Assembly (NCBI GenBank): GCA_963924565.1
Contig: OZ004614.1
Span: forward strand, 7,998,001-8,062,000
Length of the DNA stretch: 64,000 nucleotides
Reading direction: 5' to 3'
Origin: Ascidiella aspersa
Taxonomy: Eukaryota
The notes beneath the pieces are model-generated. The model made no database searches, was not told where the DNA came from, and worked only from the letters and a program-made list of their open reading frames with translations. The position numbers and the translations under genes are program-made. This document shows positions 1 to 11,900 of this stretch, one piece after another (positions within the stretch are counted from its first letter, which is position 1; every line of letters begins with the position of its first letter).

Positions 1-270
1 TACTTGACCCACCCACACCCAAATGCTAACCCGCATCCAAACTCAAATTTTGTGCGTTGATTTTAGAACTGTGGTAGGATTCTAGACCAGCGCCCAAAAA
101 TGTTAGCAATATAAACCCCGGACAAAACACAGCGTTAAAACAGTTATTAAACCAATGCACAATATTTGGGTTAGGGTTAGCGTTTGGGTGTGGGTTGGTC
201 AAGTACGCTAACCCGCACCCTAACTCAAATAATAATGTGCGTTGTGGTAGGATTGTAGACCAGCGCCAAG
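1..270. repeat. Rearranged repeat with telomere-like CTAACCC/GGGTTAG motifs
   Basis: 1-~45 is an imperfect reverse complement of ~165-206; ~25-95 is repeated directly at ~208-268 (gctaacccgca...tgtggtaggatt.tagaccagcgcc). Confidence 0.7.
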
Positions 271-825
271 TGTTTATCCAGTGAATAATATATTTATAAA
301 AATTGAAAACAATCATTTATGTTTCAAGCGTTTACAAAGATTGTACCGCGTTTTAGTTCACGAAAAACACATACATTTTCCTAAAACACATACATTTTCG
401 TGGTAGACTTTCGTATGGCGGTCCAGCCGTATATCTAGGCTTGCCATTTTTTCTTGTGGTTTTGGAAAATTTCAATTTTTAAGGGTTATAAAAAAATTAC
501 AATTTCTCGATTTGTTTGCAGCGATCCGCATGAATGGGTGTTGTTCTGCTTGAATAGACATTATTTATTTTCAAGTGAAAACCTACCAATATACAACATA
601 AAGTTAAATATTGGTTATGGTTTAAATTCGGTTTGTTAAAACAGTGGCTAGGTTTTAAAAGTGACATATCTAAAACTTTTGGACCGGGGATCAAAACTCG
701 TTGGTGGAGTGGTTCGGTTTTTTAACTTTTTTCACTGGTTAATTAATCGCTTTAGCTTTTTTAGAATCATGACGTGCCTATCATATTTAAAACAAATGTT
801 TTTTTTAAATCACGGTAGACACTAA

Positions 826-1015
826 TACCCGATATTGACAAAAATTGTCTTGGTCCGATCCGATACCAAATGACATCAATAAGGGCAACTATGTTCCAAA
901 AAAAAACGCAGCGTTAGATCGCAAATCATGACCAAAATCCATATTTTTATTTGGCTTTGATTGACACCAATACCACCCTAGTATCGGAGGAGTACTTCAG
1001 TTACCAGTTACAATG
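826..1015. repeat. GATAC/GTATC-rich dispersed repeat (related pieces at ~6652-6715, ~55110-55200, ~63940-64000)
   Basis: Shared core tagtatcgga(c/g)(g/a)ag plus multiple gatacc/gtatc motifs in four places. Confidence 0.55.
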
Positions 1016-1701
1016 CTTGTTTTAACCTGGAAATGTAAAAATAATTGTTTTAAATGATGGAAAAAGTTAAAGGCTAACCATAGCCCTAGTGATTACTACA
1101 AAACAAACGCCGTTCGTAAGCTAATTACTTAAATTGTTTTTTTTACTTTGTATCCGCAAAGTGGCGCTAGAGAATTAAAGTTGCCTTTTTTGAAATCAAA
1201 CTAAGCCAGCAAAAGAGCAATCCATTATGTTGTCCAATACGCCAGCAGCCCAACGTTAGTCACACCAATCAGACTTGTTTACCTTCGCCGAAGGAGGAAG
1301 CCAATATATTTCGTTCGATTGCCGAGTCGACTCAATTTGTCTTGATTCGCGACATGGGAATGGTGAAACGCGAACCCATTGTCAACAAATCGACACCAGC
1401 GCCGCGTCACGGGATTTAAATTTGCGCCTCTCGGACTGGGATTAGTCGAAACACGGGTGGCCGCTAGAATAACGACTCAATTCGGATGACGTAAACTGAA
1501 TGATTGACGTTCGGCTTCACTGCGGTTTAGATCGCAGTCGTGTGGCGAGTAAAAATAAAAAAATAACACCACAGATGGCTTATTTGTTAATTTCTGTCGA
1601 ATGCCATGTGTCTTGGGGTATATTGGAAAAAAATCATGTTAATGAGACTCAGGAAAGGGAGGCAACATATATAAATTACTCGATTTCTTGTTACCTTAAA
1701 C

Positions 1702-2010
1702 CAAGGTTTCTTAAACTGGGAGCCACAAACCCCTCAGGGGTCCGTTAACTACTTTTAGGGGGTCGATGAAGGCCTAATTGAAATATTAGTGTATATTTAG
1801 GAAGTAATCAATTTGTCAAAGAAAACAGTTTAATTAAAAATAAAACGGTTTTGCACTGACATTAAGACCTTATTTCATTTTCACATTTTTGACCGAAATC
1901 AGCAGACTCTAAACTTTGACGTCATTTTTGAATTTTTAGGCATACCGTAGTCTGTGGCGAGCCTAAACAATTTTTAGCCGTTCGCAGTAAACAAAGTTTA
2001 AGAACCCCTG
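1702..2010. mobile_element. Non-autonomous hAT MITE
   Basis: TIRs caaggtttcttaaact / agtttaagaacccctg; perfect 8-bp TSD ccttaaac at 1694-1701 and 2011-2018. Confidence 0.85.
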
Positions 2011-2024
2011 CCTTAAACTTAAAG

Positions 2025-2340
2025 CAGTGCTACGAAGTCGGACACAGGACTCGCATAAGTAGTAGTAGCCTACTACCCACGCCCGAGTCCAACGTGCGAA
2101 TTCGCAGTACCAAACTAGCAACCGAGAAGGCCGCAAGCTGTAAATCGTAAAGGCGAAATACCAAATGGTAAAATTCATTCTAACCATATAATATGAGTTG
2201 GTAAGTTATATGACACCCTGATGAGCCTATTTTCGTTACATAAATGGGTGGAATACACGCTGTTGAGTCGTCGCCGGACTCGGACTCGACAGATCAGCTA
2301 TAGTTTGGTCGGCGTGTTTATAGCAGACTCTGCAGCCCTG
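2025..2340. mobile_element. hAT-type MITE, GAGTC/GACTC-rich family
   Basis: Ends cagtgctacgaagtcg / gactctgcagccctg; same family as 7114-7230; degenerate flanks acttaaag/ctgtaaag. Confidence 0.65.
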
Positions 2341-2822
2341 CTGTAAAGGATTCAAAAGTTCTTCTTGTTTCCCGGTTTTTACACTGTATGAAAATGCAAG
2401 AATTTGTTATGTAAAATCTTGAATTTGATTCTTGAAGCGACGTGTAAAGCATATTGAATAACATTTGAAGGCATTTAAAAAAACTTATTAAGTGGTCTCT
2501 AAACCTTCCTATTTCAGGAGAAATGCATCTATAAATTGTTTTATGCATTTATTTGTTGTTTATAGCCTAAAATCCTAAATCGTTGTTTTAAAATCTAATA
2601 TAAATAAAGCAAACAAAATATTAATTCGAAAAATATGAGTGATTGAGTGTGTTTAGCCTAATGTTCTTAGAAGATACAATTGCAAAGGTTTCTAAAAGGA
2701 TTTGATTGAAATAGCCTACATTTTATTGAGAAGTTGACAAAATGTTTACGCAAATAAGTCTGAAATAAAGTAAATTCAATCGGAATAAAAAAAAAACAGG
2801 AAATCATTCACAGTTGTAAAGT

Positions 2823-3320
2823 CTGCCTTGACTAAACAACCAGCAACACTAAAGGAATTTTTTGCAGGGTTTCACGCCTTCCTTCACGCCAATAGTGTCA
2901 AATCGACGAACAAAATGTATCCGTGTTTCGTATTAATTCAGTCAATACTTTTGGAGCGCACTAAGAAACATCTTTTCAACTGCATGCTTAATAACTATAC
3001 CGTATATATTTATATAAAACGGTTCAACAGGGCATTAAAACTGCCAAATATTTCTAAATTACCAAGACTTGAAGGTCTGAAAGGAGCTCAAAGATGGAGT
3101 GGCGCATATGAATTAGAAGTCAAAAATTAGTTGGCACAGGGGAACAAAAGGTTGGCCAGCGCTGCCTTAAATGAACAACCAGCAACAGTAAAATTTTTTG
3201 CAGGGTTGCGCCTTCGTTCTTAACCAGACTTGTTGAATCGACTGAAAAACGTAACCCCGTGTTTCTTGCTGCTTCAGTCAATACTTTTAGGGGCGCGCTA
3301 AGCACCGGCATTTCAACAGT
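2823..3320 (+). repeat. Diverged direct duplication (~160 bp x2, starts 2823 and 3162)
   Basis: aacaaccagcaaca...ttttttgcagggtt...aatcgac...ccgtgtttc...ttcagtcaatactttt...ctaag is present twice. Confidence 0.8.
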
Positions 3321-5272
3321 GTCTCATGCCTTTGGTCGCCTAATCCCCTGTTGAGCGCTGTGTACAAAATATGGACTTGTGTCCGTCAGGCGGCGTTCGG
3401 TGAGTTAATTCCCGCCGATTGATGCGGATTATACTCGCCCATAGGGCCATAGTTCGATGCATACTCGCCTAATCCGCCAGAAAGCAAAATTTGGCGCGTT
3501 GGCGGAATTTCGACGCGGCCAGCCCATATACGGGACCGCTTTTCAGTTATAAAAGAAACCAGTCTTTTTGCTACCTTTCGGAAAATGGTGTTTACATTGC
3601 GCAACAGTTTTGGTGTGCGAATGTCGTTTTCATGCTGCTAAAAAGGTTCTTTTTATGTCTAAGTATATTTTTCGGTGTCATTCGCCCGAAGAAGGCGACT
3701 TTAATAGGTGGCCGAAACGTTGGCTAACATCAACAATTTCCAAAGAAGCTGTTTTTGATTGATGCCATGCCTGGTATAGCAACCGTTTATACGTATTTTC
3801 CACTTAGTAATTTTTAGTTTGGCTAAAGGATACTAAATTCACAGCTATATGGCTAAGATAATTACGAAATAAGTTTCATTTTGTTTTTCCCATAGTGTAT
3901 GTTAAGATGTTAAGTGACCGCAAATTAGCCTATTTATCACAAAGCCATACGTAATGGCAGCGTTGCGCTCAACAGGATTCAGCAGGCCGGGAAACAAAAC
4001 TCCGACAGTTCTACACGCCTTGGCTGGGCGAGGTTTCGCGATAATGTCGGACAACATGAAAAAAATATAGATTCCCGGGTAATTTGTCTTGCTTGATGGG
4101 GACGTTAAACGGGCCCTCTACCCCCTCAAATGACGTAGAGGGCAAACCGGTAGAAAAAAGATCGGAAAACGCCCCGATTTTCGTTCTGACAAAGTCCAGG
4201 CGGAGGGCCGGCGCAAGACAGAAACCGGCGAAACAAGAACTAATTGATCTCGCCAATGTCGGCCGGTCGTCAGCTTCAGAACTAGCAGCTGTCAAAATAA
4301 CCTGTCTCCAGCGCTCCGCCCGCCCTTGGCTGCTGCGGCTTTGCGTAGGGCGCGACCTTGACCGCGAAATTTCGCCAAGTTTTCGTTTCGCCGCCGTCGG
4401 GGTTTAAATTTTCGTTCGGTTTCTTGGATGTACCCTGTGGAGGCTTAGAAGCCGTCCAACACTGGGTTTGGTCTCGCTGAAAAAGGGTCTTTGGCTTCGG
4501 AGAAGAGATTAGCCTCCTTGAGTTGATAAATACGTTACGTAATATTGATACATGGTGCGTACAGCCGAAACTAAACTTTCGCTTATTGTTTCTAATGCAA
4601 TTGTATTATATTAGGCAGTTTGAAGTGATTCTATAGAAAATAAAATTCTGTTAATTCAAAAAAAAAAAAAAAATTATAAACCGATACAATGCAAAGTTTC
4701 GCTTAGCATCGCAAAAACTAAACATAACAAGAACAAAAATAATAAATAAAGTATTTTTTTTTATTGAAAAAAGCGAATTATAAAAGCAAATAAGTTTTTT
4801 GGTTATTATTTAAAAAAAGTAACTTATTACAACTTTGTGAATCTTTGCTGTGCGTGTCGCCTAACAGGTACCTAACCGTTCATTCACATCTCAAAAAGAA
4901 CTTTGTAAAACAATGACGTCACTACTTGTTACGCCATATTTGGTGTAGGAAAGCTCAGTACACATAGTCAAGTCACTAAGGAGCACACAGACGCAACACA
5001 CAGCATAATTTCAATCATCTGATTGACGTGTTGAGATGATACGCTCAATAACCTGTCCACTTGTCCCAGAGTGTCCAACGCATGCCGCTGCTTTCTTAAT
5101 CTTTAACGCACACTACATATATGACTTTAATTACACGCCGCTGCCACTCCAAACCATTCGTCGACCGCCCATGCTATACTCGCAGTATACACTTATGTAC
5201 GAGCCATACATCGAGACTGTGTTTCATGCGCAGTTTGGCAAGAACTCTAAAGATCGCTATTTTGCCCTAAAC

Positions 5273-5521
5273 CAGTGGTTCTCAACTTTCTTTTTGTTAC
5301 ACCCCCCTTTAGAGCTTGGTAAACACAAAAGTTAAGGTGTTAAGGTGTTCAAAAACACGACTGGTTCACTGAAGCAAATGTCGTTAACATAATTTCCAGA
5401 CTGGCGTATTCGTTTACTCCTATTTTTTGTATTGTTTTGTTTCGTCTAATTTTTTGTTTGACAAATAGTACTCGGCGACCCCCCTGACAACCTTTTGCGA
5501 CCCCCAGGTTGGGAACCACAG
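5273..5521. mobile_element. hAT MITE
   Basis: TIRs cagtggttctcaac / gttgggaaccacag; subterminal cgaccccc repeats. Confidence 0.7.
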
Positions 5522-6342
5522 GCCGATACGCTTACGTTTTCCTCGTGATAATTTAAATCTTACAATCGTGACCAGAAAGCACTGTAAAAGTTTGCCCTTA
5601 CATTTGGTTGTAAATAGGTGGCTAAATGAGGCTAACAGCGCACCCAAGTGGCATTGAAATTAATTCAAACGATATTTCAGGTAACCATAGTCATGTAAAA
5701 ATATCAAGTAAAGACAGATTGGTAAACAAATAAAAATAGATGATGTAACAGGATTTAGCGTTTGAAATCAAACAAACTGACTCATCCCAAAAGCGTAGAA
5801 TCGTCACAAAAGGGTGGTTAAAGAGGGGAGTAGTGCAAGCCTAAACCAAGTAAAAGTTGTGTCCGGTGTTATATAGCTTGACTTTATATGGCGTCGTTCG
5901 AAGTAAGTCCCGGCGTTTGAAGTCGGCGTAAAAATCCGACGGAGACCTGCTGCAGCAAGCCGCAAACGTTTATTGTCAAGTGCGGCGTGTGTCATAAAGG
6001 AGTCGGCCAAGTGACAGCTATACAATCCGGCATGTCGTCTTTATTTCGACGCTACGACCGCAAAAGAGTTTAGCGACGGTAAATGCAACTTATGAATGCG
6101 CGTTACACTATCGCATGCTTGGCCTAACTTTTTCCATAAAAGGCAGGAAATCTGTGATGATCGTGGACAGAAACTAAATTTTTGTATTTACTTTATTTGA
6201 CTTGATTATCATATTAAACATGGGAAGCATAAAACAAACAGTGAGCTTCATAAGTTTAAAATAAAAGATGCACACACATATGTGTGCTAATCCAGCCCTT
6301 CTCTGAATTTGCTCTTTGACCAACGATTAGGGTTAACGCAGT

Positions 6343-6479
6343 GCAAGCTAGAAAAACATTTAGGCTGCAGTGAGCTTCGAACCCACAACCTTCGGCCATC
6401 TTCGGAACGTCGCTCTACCGGAATAGCCGGAAGTCGTGAGTCCGAACCTCACTGCAGCCTAGATGTTTTTCTAGCTTGC
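6343..6479. mobile_element. tRNA-derived (SINE-like) foldback element
   Basis: 32-bp arms with one mismatch, extending imperfectly to ~54 bp; minus strand has ggtagagcg...ggttgtgggttcgaag (A/B-box-like); no intact cloverleaf. Confidence 0.7.
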
Positions 6480-7113
6480 CCCGCCTAGTTGTTTTTCTAG
6501 CTAACTAGTCATTGCGATGGTAAAAAGGCAAATTTTGGAACATGGACGATCAAAATTGGTTTCAAAGCTAAAATAATTTTGTGAAATTTTCTTTTTAAGG
6601 TAGAAATCGTTGAGGTGTACACCCAATAGTTGCCTAAATGCACAATTTAATTTGGTATAGTATCGGACAAGCAGGGATACCACTGACATCGACTTTGTAT
6701 CGGGTGTCGGCTATTATCCAAAATTATCTGTTATTCCTTGTTGCAATACGGTAAAGTTATAAAATAAAACAAATTAATCCATGATTTATAGTAACTGTAA
6801 ACCGTATAGACATGAGATTTAGCTCAGCTCGGCTTATATTTTAAAGAAACATTGCAGTCAGATTGGCGAGGGTCTGGTGTTGTATGTGTATAGCCTCCAA
6901 ACGGACTCCACCCATAAGACCGAAATAAAACAACACCAACGTCAGAATAAAACATCTAGGTGGTTTGGAATAAGACCAAACTAAAACTAATACACAATAG
7001 TCGTAATAACGTGTAAACCGTAATACGCTATAAACCCGTCGGCATATACACGACCTAAATTGCCAGAATGCGGCCTTAACAACTTTGAGATAATCGAACA
7101 CTCCACCTCTATG

Positions 7114-7230
7114 TAGGGCTGCGGAGTCGAGGTCACAATCGGGACTCGACGAAATCGCTCATTTGCCTGAAGTAAGACTCGTGAGTCGGGAGTCGGACTT
7201 GTATTATTTTTAACCGACTTTGCAGCTCTG
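7114..7230. mobile_element. hAT-type MITE, GAGTC/GACTC-rich family
   Basis: Ends tagggctgcggagtcg / cgactttgcagctctg; TSD cctctatg / cctctaag (7/8). Confidence 0.75.
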
Positions 7231-8483
7231 CCTCTAAGTCATCACTAACTCCCTAATAATTGCAACCTTAACCCAATTTAACCCCAATCCACTAACCCCA
7301 AACAGGGGCGAACAATTCGGTGCCAAAACAGCGGCGCCCCCACGGCGCAGAACAAACTTGAACACCCAAACGTCGACACCCAAACATCTAAAATGGCCCC
7401 CAGATCGTCCCATACCCTCTCCCTACACGGCTTATTACGACGAATTTAGGACTTATTTCGACCGGGTTAGGACTTATTCAGACGATTTAGATATTGTTCT
7501 GCCGTGGATATTACTGCGTATTTGGCTTTCACTAGACTTGGCTTTAATAAATAAGTATTATAAAATATTCTGCTTTAGATATCGTTGCTTCGTATAAATG
7601 TTATTGTGTTCCCTCCAAATATCCGTTATCGGCCGAAGAAGGTTTAACGTCAAACGATAGCTCTTGTGTGTATTCACCGGTCTAAACTCGAGAGCATAGC
7701 ACGTCTTTAAACACGAGAGATCAAAGCACCGAACAGATCCATTTCTGCGAAAAAGCAACCAACATTCTACTGACGAACTGAACTGATCGTGCAACGGCAT
7801 CATTCGTCTTTGTTCCCTTCAAGTGCCCCCATTGTAACGACGCCGGAAGCCGCACGCGTGCCAGGTTTTGTGACGTCACAAGCAACCGCCGCCGACCACA
7901 CGGGTCAAGGGTCAAAGCGACTCGGTAAAGTTTGGGGTCGCTTGTGAACAAAACGAATTCCACCCTTCGTGTAGAATGGATAATGAGGGCGTATCAATGC
8001 GAAACAACGATATTTTAAGAAAAGTGCCGCCGATTCGATCCGATGGCCACTGACGTCAATTCTCTTTTCAAATAAGCAAAATTGATCAACTTAAAACGAT
8101 AAGTTTTCGTGTTGTAGTAGAAAAATGCTTTGGGCTATGGGATCCTACAGAAAATGGTGTATTTAACCAACGTTTCTCAGGTCCCAGTGGCAACCATAGA
8201 GCGTGTTTACGTCAGCGTACAGAAATGCTAAACCTTGTACCTATAACGTCAGATCGGTAGCAATGTTTTTGCCAACTATACGTCGTTGCAAATTAAAAAG
8301 ACTATTTTTATTGATAGGCTGAAAGTTTAAAGCCACTGGTATAAACTTACAATACCGCGAGTTATAAAAACTATATCTACTATAACATCATGATTATTAA
8401 CCAAACAGCAAGGCAAACTCAATGAACTACCATTAAACACGTCTTGATATATTAATATCCTAAAAAATGTTCCCACCAAATAG

Positions 8484-8904
8484 CAGTGTCGTAATGACTT
8501 AAGTAAATGGCTTGACTTAAGTGCACTTAAGTCACTGTTTTCAAATGACTTCACTTGACTTAAGTCTTGGTTTGAAATAAAAATGCTTTCTTGAAGAATT
8601 TTTTTTTTTATAAAATTGAACTATTCATCCAAAATTTTGCACATAAAACAATTTGCTTGCTACACTTTGTGTTTTTCTTATTCTTTAGTGCAGGTATCGC
8701 TCTTAATCGTTTAAAAAAAGTTTAAAAATTCCAATAGTTGAACGTTTAATATTTATGACATTGACGTGACTTGAAGTTGATTTGCGCAACTGATAACTTG
8801 GACTGGGACTTGACTTGTTATTTGTTCAAAAGACTTGACTTGGACTTGAGTTATTTTACAAATGACTGAACTGGGACATTTCAAATCACTTGTTAACAGC
8901 ACTG
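8484..8904. mobile_element. hAT-type MITE, GACTT/AAGTC-rich family
   Basis: Ends cagtgtcgtaa / ttaacagcactg; perfect TSD ccaaatag at 8476-8483 and 8905-8912; inverted relative at 42191-42760. Confidence 0.85.
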
Positions 8905-11900
8905 CCAAATAGAAATGACGCAAAGGTCGAAATTACGCAGCGGCCCGCCAATCAATCGCCTTATGTTTGCGCGCAAAATAACATGTCACAATCCGTTTTG
9001 AACTATACACGATGTTTGCGGTTTACGCGGGGCGCGTGGCCCTGGTTCGGTAGCACTTTGCGTTTTGCTTGTCACCAGAGCCGAGTGACTTTGCGTGCGA
9101 CGAGCGATTTAATTAAACGTTAGCGGCGTTCGTATTTACTCCTGGCGTTGCCGGTAAAAGGTGCCGGGATATCGGACTTTGGCCTTCTCGTGTTTAATGC
9201 GTACTCTTGTTGGCACAAACCGACGGGAATAGTTGATTACGTGTGCTCGCGTTTCGTTTGTTACGTGGGCGGAGCCGCTTAATGAACGTGTTTTCCGAAA
9301 TTGATGTTCGCTTGGGTACAAAGGGTAATGCGACGATGACTATTATGATTGATTGTTTTTTGTTTAACCGCTAGACGACGTAAGCGAACCAGTTGTTTGT
9401 CGAATGCTCCGTATACGAGAAGTTGAAACGTATTGGAGGAACAGTAAGGTAAAACTCTCCGCACAGATTGCCAAATAAACGGCTCTACTGAACTAAATAG
9501 TTTTAAACAACTAAAACCTAATAGCTTGGGTGTATGGAATCCATGCCTCAATATCTGGAGAAACGTATTGTCTCTAATAATATTAATGAACATTTTTAAT
9601 ATAGATATACGGCGTTCTGACAATTTTAGCTTTAATTTTTAGCTTCTTTCAAGTATTACCCTTAAAAGCAGGAACAAAAAAAAAATAAGAAACCTCCAGC
9701 ATATCGATTATAATAGCGGGTCTTTCAATGCATATCTATCGCTTCTTAATAGGTGCTCTCTATTTTTTATCGTTTGTGCGTGTGTTGTTCCACACTGTGC
9801 AATTTATTATCGCGCAATATAAAAACACATACGTTGAATGTTTTTAACTTAATTGTGATTTATTTTTTTCTAACCAGAGGTTTGTAAACTGTCATTTTTT
9901 TTACATTTATATTTTACCATTAGACAAACGATAAAATTGATCGCGCTTTCCCAAGTATTTTATTTACTTTTATGTGTGACCATGGCCCATATAACGCCAT
10001 GACTCTTTCCGATATGCAATTTTCGCCAACTTAATCTAGTTATACTTGCCGTAACTCCATGACGTGTTTTTTGAATTTTTATGCACCCAAAACAAAATTC
10101 CTTGAATATGCACTGATCCTGTGTACTGACACTAACAACTTGCAAGCAATTGAAAAGAATTCCGGTGAACCCTTAAAAATCGTGTTCAATTATCGCGCCA
10201 GATGCGCGAAAGTATAAGTAGCATTGCGTGAGCATTGTTTTAAACAGGTGTCTGTTTGTTGCTGGAGAAAACACACTATTAAAATACGCGCCAGATGTGT
10301 ACTTGCGGCAAATCTAGTATCGCCCGTCTATATATTCCTTCCCACCCTACGACGATAAAAACAGCAGCTCAGCGCATACAATTACATCTTACATACAGAT
10401 GGCGATCGACGGTCGCTTATTTTTCTTGGGCACTTCGAAAGATCTTATCGTGCTTTTCTTGCTCGACCGAGGCGCGAAGGAAGACGAATCTCTATTGATT
10501 CCCGCACAGAAGCGGACAGCAGCGGTCGGTCGTTCCCTCAAGTCCCGGGCTGTCCAAATGTTTCGAAGCCTCGCGTTTCTCTTATCGTCTTCAAACAGCT
10601 AGCCTTTGGGCCCCTCGTACCTGTGCCTTGCTGTACAGTACATTGACGGATGATTATCGCGCGGCTTTCGTTTGTTTGCCGGTTGTTTCGACGTGTGACC
10701 CCCTTCTAACCCCTTTTACTATCACCCCACCCCCATCCCCGGGTTTTGGCAGTGGGAACTATATTCAGGTGGTAGTCTGAAATTAAAACCTCCCTCATTT
10801 TTTTGCTATCTCAATGTTCTCGCCCATGCTAGTTTTATGTTTGTATTGTTTTTTTATACTTTTATAAGAAACTGAAGATGCTTTTTTTGTCGAAATGTAC
10901 TTTTCTTAACATTTTATTAAATTGCTGAACTTGAATATAACAGAACATTTTAAAATCTAAACGGTGGTTGTTTTCTCATTCTTGTTTTTAACTTCGAATT
11001 AAATCGATCGTAGAATGCAAATCTATTTTTTATTTGTAGGTATTTTACAACGACAGTTGCTGAAAATTTATTAAGTAATTTAGGAAATTTCAATGAAGTC
11101 TCTTCTACACATGTTTAGAAGTTTGTATTTTTTGTGAAGAAAAATACGGCTTAACCGGGATTAGCAATTTTGTTCCTTGTGTTGTAACATTAGGATGTCC
11201 TGGAAACCTATACGAGGATAACAACCTATCGAAATAGAAATGCATATAAGTTGACATAATTAGTGTGGTAGAAAAAACAACAAACCGATACAGTGAAAAA
11301 CTTCGCAGCAATGTCTGATCGAGTGTCGCTTACTAATCTAAAAGAAAAACAAAAAAATTTGTCATCAAAATAGAGCATTTAGACACAAGCTGAATCAACC
11401 TAGCTTACACAACAAAGTGCTGCATCGGTCTGAACAAGATTTAAAGCCGAACGTTGCTCATTTTTCAGCTCAGTTTAACGTTTTCGAGTCTTACCGAGTC
11501 AAAATCCGTTACTATGTCGAGGGCATTTGTCATTGGAACGAGGTCTCAAGCAAATAACGGATCGCAGTGGTAAGGCATTCTAAATCCGCGACCACTGTTC
11601 GGGGCTGGACTGATCGAAACCAATCGGCTCTTCCCGTTTGCACAAGTTTAACTGGCAGATAACGAAATCCGCCTTTGCACGACCGCGACTTGACCGATCG
11701 TTTCGGCGCTTGTCTCTCCGTGTCAAAAGACACCTGGATCCAGGAAATGAATCTCGTTCCTTGTCCACTTCAAGAGTGCCGCCCAAATCCGTTCGAGACA
11801 GCTGGAAAAATGTTTCGTTTCATTTCCTTCTTAGAACTGTAGTTTATAATATTGAAACAATAAACGATAAATTCGAGCGATGATAAAACGGTTTACGCCA

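Noticed and set aside
4431-4452. miR-10-like start TACCCTGT
   Set aside because: Only an 8-nt match; the 3' part differs and there is no proper hairpin.
6343-6479. Functional tRNA gene
   Set aside because: The 5' acceptor/D-arm region is replaced by an inverted copy and the anticodon arm is not canonical.
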